From the NCBI GenBank assembly GCA_017469545.1, contig JAFUGE010000009.1:1567-65566 (forward strand): a DNA stretch of 64,000 bases, in the 5' to 3' direction. This DNA comes from Clostridia bacterium. GTDB taxonomy: Bacteria; Bacillota; Clostridia; TANB77; UBA1234. Position numbers and translations under genes: made by a program. Below the pieces are notes generated by a model. It was not told the origin of the DNA. It did not search any database and saw nothing but the letters and a program-made list of their open reading frames with translations. Of the stretch, positions 19,112 to 27,592 are shown in pieces (the stretch's first letter is position 1; every line of letters starts with the position of its first letter).

Positions 19112-19227
19112 GTCTGGGTGATGTTTTAATTGTGGGAATTATCTTGATTGCGTTGAAACGTTGTTTTAAGCATTTAGGAAAATGCAAAAGGTGCAAGGGC
19201 TGCATGCATTCAGGCGAACGTTCGTGA
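19108..19227 (+). CDS. FeoB-associated Cys-rich membrane protein (39 aa), below the ORF-track cutoff
   Basis: ATGA overlap with the feoB stop. Translation MSLGDVLIVGIILIALKRCFKHLGKCKRCKGCMHSGERS: one TM helix plus a C-x-x-C-x-x-C tail. Confidence 0.7.
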   Translation: MSLGDVLIVGIILIALKRCFKHLGKCKRCKGCMHSGERS

Positions 19228-19353
19228 AGAACATTCAGGGCCGGCCCTTCGTGAAACATTCAGGGACACCCTTTCGTGTTTCACTCAGATAACATAAAAG
19301 CGATTTTTCAACTTTACGTCACGAAGGTGAAACAGGAAAGGGTGTCCCTGGAT
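19207..19353. repeat. Three tandem ~25-bp units plus a ~33-bp inverted repeat between convergent genes
   Basis: Units CATTCAGG(N6-8)TTCGTGAA at 19207, 19232 and 19257. TGAAACATTCAGGGACACCCTTTCGTGTTTCAC pairs with GTGAAACAGGAAAGGGTGTCCCTGGATGTTTCA. Confidence 0.8.
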
Positions 19354-19356
19354 GTT

Positions 19357-21231
19357 TCAGATTAGTTGTTCCCATTCTGCGTAGAGAGAGGCGATTTCGT
19401 TAGAAAGGGCACTAATTTTTTCTGTGATTTCCATTGCTTTGACGTAGTCTGCCCCACAGTTTTCTGCTTCGATTTCCAATGCAGCTTTTTCTTGTTCTTT
19501 TTCTTCGATTGTCTTTTCGATTCTTGCTATTTGATTTTGCTGCTTTCTTTTCGCGGCTTGTTGTTGTTTTCTTTCTTGATAGGATGTTTTTTTTTCTTTT
19601 GTCGTTTTTGCTTTTGCTTCTTCTGTGTAGTGCTGAAGATAAAAATCGTAGTTTCCTTTAAAAAGTAGCGCTTCGCTTGGCGTTAACCTATATACTTTTG
19701 AGGCTAGCTTGTTGATAAAATAACGGTCGTGCGATACTGCAAAAATGGTTCCGTCGTACTCTTGCAGCGCATTCTCCAAAGCCTCTTTAGAAGCGATATC
19801 TAAGTGGTTAGTAGGCTCGTCTAATATTAAGAAGTTGGATTCGGATAGCATCATAAGCAAAAGAGAAATTCTGGCTAGCTCGCCGCCACTAAGAGAGGAG
19901 AGTGTTTTGAAAACATCTTCCCCTTTGAATAAAAATCTTGCTAAGGCGCTTCTCACTTCAGTTTGCGTTAATTTCGGATAAGTTTCCCAAACAAAATCTA
20001 AAATAGATTTGTTTAAGGAAAACCAGTCTTCATTCATTTGGTGATAGTAGGCGACTTTCATATTGCTGCCAATGATATAAGTTCCGGCGTCTTGTTTTAA
20101 TGTGCCTTCTAATATTTTTAGCAGCGTTGTTTTGCCACAGCCGTTGGGGCCAAGCAAAAATACTCTTTCTGTTTTGAACACTTCTAGAGAGATGTTTTCA
20201 AAGAGTTTTTTGTCTCCAAATGATTTTGCAAGCTTGTCCACTACTAAAGCCTCGCGATTTCCGCCGGCAATTGTTTTAAAATGGAAAGAAAGTTTTTCTG
20301 CTTCTTTCTCTGGGGCAACTAGGCTTGCTTCCAATCGGTCAATCATTTTTTGTTTGTTTCTGATAATTTTATAATTTCTTTCTTGGCTCCAAGTTTTTTG
20401 TTGCTCAATGATTCCCTCGATTCGGTTAATTTCTTTTTGCGTGGTTTCATATTTTTTAGTAATACTTTTTTGCGCTTCGTCCTTCAAAGCCAAGTATTTC
20501 GAGTAATTCCCAGGATAAGCAGTTAGCCTTCTATTTTCTAATTCGAATGTTTCGTTTGTCACTTTATCTAAAAAATATCGATCGTGGGAGATAACAATAA
20601 AACTTCCTTTGTAGTTATTTAGAAAGTTTTCTAACCATTCCATAGAGGAGATGTCTAGGTTGTTGGTTGGTTCGTCAAGAAGTAATAAATTGCAATTGCT
20701 TAGTAGCATTTTAGCAAGCGACAATTTTGTTTTTTGACCACCGCTAAGATTAGAGACCGGCAATAGGAAATCTTTTTCTTCAAAGCCAAGGCCGATTAAG
20801 GTAGACTTCGCGATACTTCGATAAGTATATCCGCCTTTTTCCTCGTACTTTACTGTCAAAGAATGCTGTTCGTCTACCAACTCCTGAACATCATTTTTAG
20901 CTAGGGAAATTTGACTTTCCAGCGTTTTTAACCTTTGCTCAATGACAATCAAATCGTTAAAAACAGTCAGTAATTCGTCTAATAGGGTAAGGCTAGAATC
21001 CTGACAAGCAAACTGCTCTGTATAGCCGATTTTTGTGTTCTTTGACTTATATATTTCGCCTTTTTCGAAATTTAATTGGTCGCAAATGATTTTGAAAAGC
21101 GTGGTTTTTCCGGCACCATTTGGGCCGATAAGGCCTATTTTGTGCAAATTTTCTATTTCAAAAGAGATGTTTTCGAGTATTAAATTGCTTCCAAAACTTT
21201 TGGATATGTTACTTAAACTAAGTAGTGCCAT
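19357..21231 (-). CDS. ABC-F family ATPase (two ABC domains, C-terminal coiled coil)
   Basis: Two Walker A sites ('GPNGAGKTT', 'GPNGCGKTT'), two 'LSGG' signatures, no TM domain. Start at 21231 after GGAGGTG. Confidence 0.9.
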   Translation of the reverse strand: MALLSLSNISKSFGSNLILENISFEIENLHKIGLIGPNGAGKTTLFKIICDQLNFEKGEIYKSKNTKIGYTEQFACQDSSLTLLDELLTVFNDLIVIEQRLKTLESQISLAKNDVQELVDEQHSLTVKYEEKGGYTYRSIAKSTLIGLGFEEKDFLLPVSNLSGGQKTKLSLAKMLLSNCNLLLLDEPTNNLDISSMEWLENFLNNYKGSFIVISHDRYFLDKVTNETFELENRRLTAYPGNYSKYLALKDEAQKSITKKYETTQKEINRIEGIIEQQKTWSQERNYKIIRNKQKMIDRLEASLVAPEKEAEKLSFHFKTIAGGNREALVVDKLAKSFGDKKLFENISLEVFKTERVFLLGPNGCGKTTLLKILEGTLKQDAGTYIIGSNMKVAYYHQMNEDWFSLNKSILDFVWETYPKLTQTEVRSALARFLFKGEDVFKTLSSLSGGELARISLLLMMLSESNFLILDEPTNHLDIASKEALENALQEYDGTIFAVSHDRYFINKLASKVYRLTPSEALLFKGNYDFYLQHYTEEAKAKTTKEKKTSYQERKQQQAAKRKQQNQIARIEKTIEEKEQEKAALEIEAENCGADYVKAMEITEKISALSNEIASLYAEWEQLI

Positions 21232-21425
21232 TTTTGCACCTCCAATGGCCAAAGTATACCGCAAAATGAGGGAAAAATCAACATTTTGTCAAAAGATACA
21301 TAATATCAGTAAAAAATAAAAAATTTTCTTTCCTGCGGAAGCGCACTATTCCAGGATTTGCACGCTTTTTGAGTTGAAAAATAATGTAAAATGTAGTAAA
21401 ATTATGTAAAGACGAGGTGAGAAAT

Positions 21426-22745
21426 ATGAAAAAGCTAATTTGTGTTACAATGTTAATATTATTTGCAATGCCTAGTTTCTTATTTGCCGGTGAGAGGGTA
21501 AGCCTCGGCTTTTTGTATGGAGCTTCTGACTCCGTGAATCTAGTGAGAAGAACAAATGGCAGTATCAATGAAGTGGCTCCTACCTATTTTGATTTGAATA
21601 AAAAGGGCAATTTAGTCATTTCTAGTGCTTATGACGAGAAGTTTGTGGCAGAAATGAAAAACGATGGCATCAAAATAACGCCATTTCTTAGTAACCACTG
21701 GAGTAGAACTCTTGGCAGAGCGGCCTTAAAAAATAGGGAGAATTTAACAGATCAAATTGTGCAGGCGATTGAGAAATATGATTTGGATGGCATTAATGTC
21801 GATATCGAGAACTTGACGGCAAGCGACAGAGACGATTTTACCGAGTTTGTAAGGCTACTAAGGGAGAAATTACCTGCCGAGAAACAATTGACCGTTTCTG
21901 TGGCTCCTAATCCTTATGCGATAGATTCTTCGTGGCAGGCTTCTTATGATTATAGAGCTTTGGGAGAGTTAGTAGATTATCTATTTGTTATGACGTATGA
22001 CGAGCACTCGTCTGGCGGGGCAGCTGGCCCAGTGGCTAGTGGCGATTTTGTAGAACTATCGATTCAATATGCTTTGCAACACGTTGATAAAAGCAAAATT
22101 GTCATTGGTATTCCGCTATATGGTAGATTTTGGAGAGACGGAGACGATGTTGGTGGTGAGGCAATTGTTATCGGCGATGTGCCAAGGGTGGTATCGAGGT
22201 TTAAAGGAAAAACAATGTACGATAAAAAGGCCCAAACGCCAAATGCAAAATTTTATGTGCCAGAAGGCTCTAGCGTGAAAGTAAATGGCAATGTGCTTGC
22301 AGAGGGCAATTACACAGTTTGGTATGAGAATGAGCAAAGTATCAAGTATAAATTAGAATTAGTCAATAAATATAATTTGAGAGGTGCTGGGGTGTGGGCG
22401 CTTGGGCAAGAGAAAGTGGATGTTTGGGAATATTACAAAGAGGCGCTAAATGAAGCATTTGAGGAAGAGGAAGTGGTAAATATTCACGAGTTATTTGCTA
22501 CATTTCAGGGAGTGCCTATGGAATTAGAAATTGAATCTGAAAGAGAAGAAATTAAGTTTGAATGGAAAAAATTTGAACTAGAACATAAAAGTAACATATT
22601 ACTTGAAGTGATTCCAAAAAAGAAGGAGAATTTGAAACTTCGTGATAGAAAAGAGGATGTGGCAGAGGAGAAAAAGCCGCATAGCAAATATAGCGTGGCA
22701 TTGCATCAAAATAAATTATCATACAGACCGATAGGAGCAGCTTAA
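21426..22745 (+). CDS. Secreted glycoside hydrolase family 18 (chitinase/peptidoglycan-hydrolase-like)
   Basis: Signal peptide; catalytic 'DLDGINVDIEN' (DxxDxDxE); 'MTYDEH'. Confidence 0.85.
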   Translation: MKKLICVTMLILFAMPSFLFAGERVSLGFLYGASDSVNLVRRTNGSINEVAPTYFDLNKKGNLVISSAYDEKFVAEMKNDGIKITPFLSNHWSRTLGRAALKNRENLTDQIVQAIEKYDLDGINVDIENLTASDRDDFTEFVRLLREKLPAEKQLTVSVAPNPYAIDSSWQASYDYRALGELVDYLFVMTYDEHSSGGAAGPVASGDFVELSIQYALQHVDKSKIVIGIPLYGRFWRDGDDVGGEAIVIGDVPRVVSRFKGKTMYDKKAQTPNAKFYVPEGSSVKVNGNVLAEGNYTVWYENEQSIKYKLELVNKYNLRGAGVWALGQEKVDVWEYYKEALNEAFEEEEVVNIHELFATFQGVPMELEIESEREEIKFEWKKFELEHKSNILLEVIPKKKENLKLRDRKEDVAEEKKPHSKYSVALHQNKLSYRPIGAA

Positions 22746-22860
22746 GCAAAGCTGCTCTTAAATTTTTTAATTGTGAAAAATTGAAATTCATATTGATGTA
22801 TTTCGACATTATATGTATAATAATATCTCGAGACGATAAACAAAAGAAGAGGGGGAACTT

Positions 22861-23541
22861 ATGGAAAACGAGATTAAACAAAGACTAATGGAGCTTTCTG
22901 ATGCGAAGTATAGACAATTTCATTCTTCACTTTGCCCGGAAACAGAAAACATATTGGGGGTTCGTGTACCAATTTTAAGAAGATATGCGAAGGAGCTTTA
23001 TAAAGAACACAAGATTGCAATTCTAAATGAAATTGGTAATGACTACTATGAGGAGATTTTATTGCAAGGATTGGTGATAGGCGAGCAGACAAGTGTAAAA
23101 AGTATTATAAAATGTTTAACAGAATTTGTTCCTAAAATTGATAATTGGGCGATTTGCGATACTACATGTGCTGCTCTAAAGATTATCAGAAGAAACAAAA
23201 AAGAGTTTGTAAATTTTATTAAAAAATGTTTAAATTCTGGAGAGGAATTTCAGATAAGATTTGGATTAGTGTTATTGTTGGATTACTTCATTGACGAGGA
23301 ATATATTGACGAAGTTTTAGCTCTTTCAAATGAAGTAAAGCACGAAGGATATTATGCAAGAATGGCAAATGCTTGGCTTCTGTCGATTTGCCTTGTGAAA
23401 TATTACGATAAAACGATAACATTTTTAAAGAAAAGTAATTTAGACGATTTTACTTATAACAAGGCTTTGCAGAAAGCGATTGAGTCTTATCGAATTACAG
23501 ACGAACAAAAGGCTGAATTAAGGAAAATGAAAAGAAAGTAA
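22861..23541 (+). CDS. DNA alkylation repair protein (AlkD-like HEAT-repeat family)
   Basis: 'GVRVPILRRYAKEL', 'NWAICDT', 'RFGLVLLL' family motifs; about 226 aa. Confidence 0.7.
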   Translation: MENEIKQRLMELSDAKYRQFHSSLCPETENILGVRVPILRRYAKELYKEHKIAILNEIGNDYYEEILLQGLVIGEQTSVKSIIKCLTEFVPKIDNWAICDTTCAALKIIRRNKKEFVNFIKKCLNSGEEFQIRFGLVLLLDYFIDEEYIDEVLALSNEVKHEGYYARMANAWLLSICLVKYYDKTITFLKKSNLDDFTYNKALQKAIESYRITDEQKAELRKMKRK

Positions 23542-23585
23542 AAAAGTGGGGCGCGTCTCAAATATGCGTCCCACTTTTAAATGCA

Positions 23586-24683
23586 TTAATTAAATTTTGT
23601 GATGTCACTTATTTTTGCTGCAAAGTAAGGCACATCTTTGTCTGCCTCTTTTAAAAACATGGCGAAAGTATCGTCTACGTAGAAATGGCGGTATTCAATT
23701 TCGACAGTTGGGGCCATACTTGTCACATTCATGGAAATGCCTGCTTCACTCTTTATCTTTCCGCCTTTTTCGTTTAAATCAAATTCAATTGTTTGAATGG
23801 CGGAGCTAATTATGCCTTCGCGTCCATCAGCTAGCAAAAATGGTTTGCCTGAAAGTTCTGAATAATCTTTTCTTTCATTGAATGAAATATAAGGAATTTT
23901 CAAATCGTCGTTTGACGTGAAGTAGTACTTGCCGGAATAATGATTTGATTTTTCTATGATGTTTTGATAAATTTCTTCAAACGTTTTTCCTTCTGGATTT
24001 TTGCAAAAGATTACTTGGTCGTTGTTTTCTGTCTCTAGTACAATTGCAAAATCATTTTGAGAATTGTAATACAAAACATTTACTTGATTGTATACTTCTC
24101 TTTCGGTATCGTCATTAATTCCAAAATATTTGACGGCATTTTGATTATTGCCGAACTTACCATTTTTCAAGATTGTAAATACTTTTGGAAAAGTAAATTC
24201 TCTCTTGAGCATTGCGTAAAAGAAATACTTTGGGTTAAGCGGGTCTTCTGCATCGTTTGGCCAATCAAAACTATCTAAAATTTTACTGGTTTCATTGAAC
24301 TTCTCTTTAATGCCTTTTTCAATTTCTGCTTTTAATGCAGGGGTTCGTAGGCCAAATTTTTTGTAGTAGTATTCGCTAGAAAGCATATCTTCTGTAAATG
24401 TCTCTGCGTTTAATCTTTCTACTATTTTTTCTTGGGGACTAAAAACAATGTCCTGCTTTACAACTTCGTTTTTCATATCATTCCAAACTAATTGAAAAGT
24501 AGCGCACCAAGCCGCATCAGTATTAATTTCGTCTTGCATTGTAGGAACGATACTAATTCCTTCCGTGGCTGTTGGCTCTTCTTGTTTTACAGGATTATCC
24601 GGATTAACAGGGCTAATTGGGTCATTTGTGCAGCCAGTAAGTGCCGCCATAAGCGAAAGTATCACAGCAACTAATTTTACCAT
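23586..24683 (-). CDS. Serpin-fold lipoprotein
   Basis: Lipobox 'LTGC'. C-terminal 'LKIPYISF...AIQTIEFDLNEKGGKIKSEAG...FYVDDTFAMFLKE...PYFAAKISD' follows serpin s5A/hinge/s4B-s5B order. Confidence 0.55.
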   Translation of the reverse strand: MVKLVAVILSLMAALTGCTNDPISPVNPDNPVKQEEPTATEGISIVPTMQDEINTDAAWCATFQLVWNDMKNEVVKQDIVFSPQEKIVERLNAETFTEDMLSSEYYYKKFGLRTPALKAEIEKGIKEKFNETSKILDSFDWPNDAEDPLNPKYFFYAMLKREFTFPKVFTILKNGKFGNNQNAVKYFGINDDTEREVYNQVNVLYYNSQNDFAIVLETENNDQVIFCKNPEGKTFEEIYQNIIEKSNHYSGKYYFTSNDDLKIPYISFNERKDYSELSGKPFLLADGREGIISSAIQTIEFDLNEKGGKIKSEAGISMNVTSMAPTVEIEYRHFYVDDTFAMFLKEADKDVPYFAAKISDITKFN

Positions 24684-24785
24684 AAAATCAACTCCTTTTT
24701 CATTTCAGACTTATTTTACCACAATTTGTTCCGGAGGGACAAAAGAAATTTTTTTCATTTTGAATGATTGTGTGTACATTAAAAA

Positions 24786-25646
24786 TTATTTATTAATGAT
24801 TTTATAGCATATGTTCTCTATTTTGTAGCCTTTTTCTTTGATTTCACCCTTTTTACCGTTTTTGGTGTTTTTCACATATTGAATTTCATAATAGATTTCG
24901 TCCTTGTTTTTGTTGAACCAATTTGTGATTTCTTGTATAGCAAGAGGTTTGAAATACACTTGCCAGTAGTCGTTTTTGACAATATCTTTGACAATAGCAA
25001 TATAGTCGTCCTCGTAGTAGTGCTTGTAGGAAATTTTGTATCCTAAATTTCTAGCAATGGCTCCAATGAAATTGGAGTGGGGGAGTTTATTTTCAGAGTA
25101 AAGACTGAGTTGTTCAGCAATGTCAGAGGCTAAGCAATAGTTATTCTTGATAGAAACATCGATTTTGGATTTGATGTCTTGCACATCTATTTCCAGATTA
25201 TCGATTCTCTGAGTATTAGATTCAATATTTTTTGAATTTGCTTCAATTTGGTTGAGGGCAAGGTGCATAAAATCAAAAACATTGGATGGATTGCTAATGA
25301 TTTCTCGATATCTTTTTTCTGCTTCGATAAAATATTTACGTATCTTTCTACCAGTTTCATTATTTTCTATCATACATATTTCCTTAGCTGTATCAATTGT
25401 TAGATAATATTCTTTTGTTGCCTTGTTTCCGAATCCACGTTCGTCCCCTTTCTCAAATTTGAGAAAGGGGATAAAGTCTTCATTTTCCACAAATTTATAC
25501 TGTTCTAATCGTCTTTTGATCCAGTCTGCAAATTTTGTATTGCTTTTTAAAACATTATGCAATTCTCTTGCATTGATCAATTTTTCATTAGTATCATTTT
25601 CGTAAATGGGTACGATACCTTCTTCTACTTTTTTGAATTCCATCAT
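24786..25646 (-). CDS. Phage antirepressor, AntA/AntB N-terminal domain family
   Basis: 'INARELHNVLKSNTKFADWIKRRLEQYKFVENEDF' AntA motif; isolated gene. Confidence 0.75.
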   Translation of the reverse strand: MMEFKKVEEGIVPIYENDTNEKLINARELHNVLKSNTKFADWIKRRLEQYKFVENEDFIPFLKFEKGDERGFGNKATKEYYLTIDTAKEICMIENNETGRKIRKYFIEAEKRYREIISNPSNVFDFMHLALNQIEANSKNIESNTQRIDNLEIDVQDIKSKIDVSIKNNYCLASDIAEQLSLYSENKLPHSNFIGAIARNLGYKISYKHYYEDDYIAIVKDIVKNDYWQVYFKPLAIQEITNWFNKNKDEIYYEIQYVKNTKNGKKGEIKEKGYKIENICYKIINK

Positions 25647-25810
25647 AAAACATTCCTTTCTTACTTAATTTGGTTTTTGTTTGGAAAATTCTTGTAACGG
25701 ATGCTACAAAATAGAATTTGTTTCAATAGGCAAGAAGCCTATTGAAAGATTAAGTACATGTTACATTGTAATTTCGATTTTGTCAATACGGATTTTGAAA
25801 AAATGAGAAA

Positions 25811-25855
25811 CTCCCCATGGGGAACTGGTAGTGAGTTCCCTGTGGGGAGTTTTTT
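25811..25855. terminator. Bidirectional terminator hairpin at the yhbY 3' end
   Basis: CTCCCCATGGGGAAC / GTTCCCTGTGGGGAG with T-runs on both strands. Confidence 0.65.
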
Positions 25856-26141
25856 ACGGCAATTCAATTTTTGGTTTTTCCTTATTTTGTTTATATAGTG
25901 TTAATTTGTTACCGACGATTTGGACGATTTGTGAAGATGTTTTTTCTTCTATTTCTCTTGCAATAGCATTTTTGTCGTCTGGCACGGTGTTTAATATGGT
26001 TATTTTGATTAATTCTCTTGCTTCTAGTGCATTGTTTAAATCGTCGATAAGACTATCTGTGACGCCGTTTTTTCCGATTTGAAAAATAGGCGTGATTTTT
26101 TGCGCTAGGCTTCTTAAGTATGCTCTTTGTTTTGTGTTCAT
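25854..26141 (-). CDS. yhbY: Ribosome-assembly RNA-binding protein YhbY (CRM domain)
   Basis: 'KQRAYLRSLAQKITPIFQIGKNGVTDSLI..L.ARELIKI...IVQIVGNKLTLYK' is collinear with E. coli YhbY. Confidence 0.88.
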   Translation of the reverse strand: MNTKQRAYLRSLAQKITPIFQIGKNGVTDSLIDDLNNALEARELIKITILNTVPDDKNAIAREIEEKTSSQIVQIVGNKLTLYKQNKEKPKIELP

Positions 26142-27400
26142 AAATGATTCTCCTTTAATACATTTTCTAACTCATTCGTAATTTGGCTGGCCCTTGGGGC
26201 GTCGTCATAAAAGTATTCTTGAATGAGTGGAATAATGTTATATTTTACTGTCATTTTTAATTCTTCAGGGGATTGCTTTTCGCAAAAATAGCAATGCCCG
26301 ATTTTGGCCTTGTCGTCAAGGCTTTCGTTGATTTCATTGACTTTGCTAACCACACTAGAAAGCAATTGGTCGTTTTCACAAAAGGCAATGAATTTTTTGT
26401 TGTCAAAAATCGGCTTTACCGTATAGAAAGAAAATCTTCTTCTTAGGGCGTAGTCTGTGATAGCGAATTCGTGGCTCGTGGTGTTGGTTGTGCCAATAAT
26501 ATAAAGGTTTTCTGGCACGAAAAATCTTTCTTTAGAGCACGATAATTCAATGAAGTTTTCCTTTCCGCGCTTGTTTGGCTCGATTAGCATGAAGGATTCG
26601 CCAAATATTTTGGCAATATTGCCTCGGTTGATTTCGTCGATAATGACGAAATATTTGTGTGTAGGGTCGTTTGCGGCTTTGGCGCAGTGCGTTTTAAAGC
26701 AGCCTCTCCTAAATTTATAAATTCCGATGCCGTCTGGGCGGAAGCCCTCCAAAAACTCGTCTGTGGAGTATTCTGGATGGAATTGAATGCGAAGAATTTT
26801 ATCGTCGTCTTTTTCTCCCATAATGGCATAGGCCATTTTCTTGGAAATAAAGGTTTTTCCTACGCCTGGAACGCCTTGTAAAATCACGTTTTTCCTAGAT
26901 AGGATTAGATTTTTTAATTCGTCAAATTCCTGGTCGTCGAAGAATACTTCTGATAGAAAAGTTTCCTTTGTGTAAGGAATGTACGGCTTATATATTTTTT
27001 GCGGATTGTATTCGCGTACGACAATCATAATGGCGTCATATTCACTCTTTGTAAGTTTGAAAAAGGCGCCTTGCTGATTTCGAAAAGCCTCGATATTTAC
27101 AATTTCACGGTTTTCTTCAATGGCATAACGAGGGATAGGGTCTGCAAAGCCTTCTGTTTTCATTAGCTTGATGGAATTGTCAGAAAGCGCTTGATAGACA
27201 GTGCAAATTCCGATAATTTCGTTTGTTTGGCCTATTTCATATACAATGACGGTGTCACCAACAGAAGCTTCTTCAAAGTTTTGCGAAAACTTCATGAGAG
27301 AGCCGTCCTCATTTAGTACAGAGTATTCAAATATGTCGTTTAAATCAATTTCTTTAAAACGTATCTTTTTTGGGTTTACGTTTAGCCACCAGTAGTTCAT
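26138..27400 (-). CDS. PUA/EVE-like N-terminal domain fused to a McrB/AAA_5-type NTPase
   Basis: N-terminus 'MNYWWLNVNPKK...VGDTVIVYE'. Walker A 'GVPGVGKTF', Walker B 'FVIIDEINRGN', 'IIGTTNT', 'DYALRRRF'. ATGA overlap with yhbY. Confidence 0.7.
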   Translation of the reverse strand: MNYWWLNVNPKKIRFKEIDLNDIFEYSVLNEDGSLMKFSQNFEEASVGDTVIVYEIGQTNEIIGICTVYQALSDNSIKLMKTEGFADPIPRYAIEENREIVNIEAFRNQQGAFFKLTKSEYDAIMIVVREYNPQKIYKPYIPYTKETFLSEVFFDDQEFDELKNLILSRKNVILQGVPGVGKTFISKKMAYAIMGEKDDDKILRIQFHPEYSTDEFLEGFRPDGIGIYKFRRGCFKTHCAKAANDPTHKYFVIIDEINRGNIAKIFGESFMLIEPNKRGKENFIELSCSKERFFVPENLYIIGTTNTTSHEFAITDYALRRRFSFYTVKPIFDNKKFIAFCENDQLLSSVVSKVNEINESLDDKAKIGHCYFCEKQSPEELKMTVKYNIIPLIQEYFYDDAPRASQITNELENVLKENHL

Positions 27401-27475
27401 GCAAATACCTCTCTTTCTAGTGAAGTATTATATCACAGGTTTACAGAAAATGCAAGAGCTTGACCAAAATGGGAT

Positions 27476-27577
27476 GTCCAAGGGGGGGCTGTCCAAAGGG
27501 GACGGAGGAAAATGGATAACACCCAAGTTGGATTTTATCCATTTTCCTCCGTCCCCTTTGGACAGCCCCCCTTGGAC
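27476..27577. repeat. Family B inverted repeat (about 44-bp arms)
   Basis: GTCCAAGGGGGGGCTGTCCAAAGGGGACGGAGGAAAATGGATAA / TTATCCATTTTCCTCCGTCCCCTTTGGACAGCCCCCCTTGGAC. Confidence 0.85.
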
Positions 27578-27592
27578 ACCTCCTTGGATAGA

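Noticed and set aside
19207-19280. CRISPR array.
   Set aside because: There are only three abutting 25-bp units with no spacers and no cas genes. No other regularly spaced repeats were seen anywhere in the window.
25647-27400. A McrC-like or other nuclease partner for the McrB-like ATPase.
   Set aside because: All six frames were checked around the gene. The only neighbours are yhbY downstream and a palindromic repeat plus patatin upstream. No candidate was found, so none is reported.
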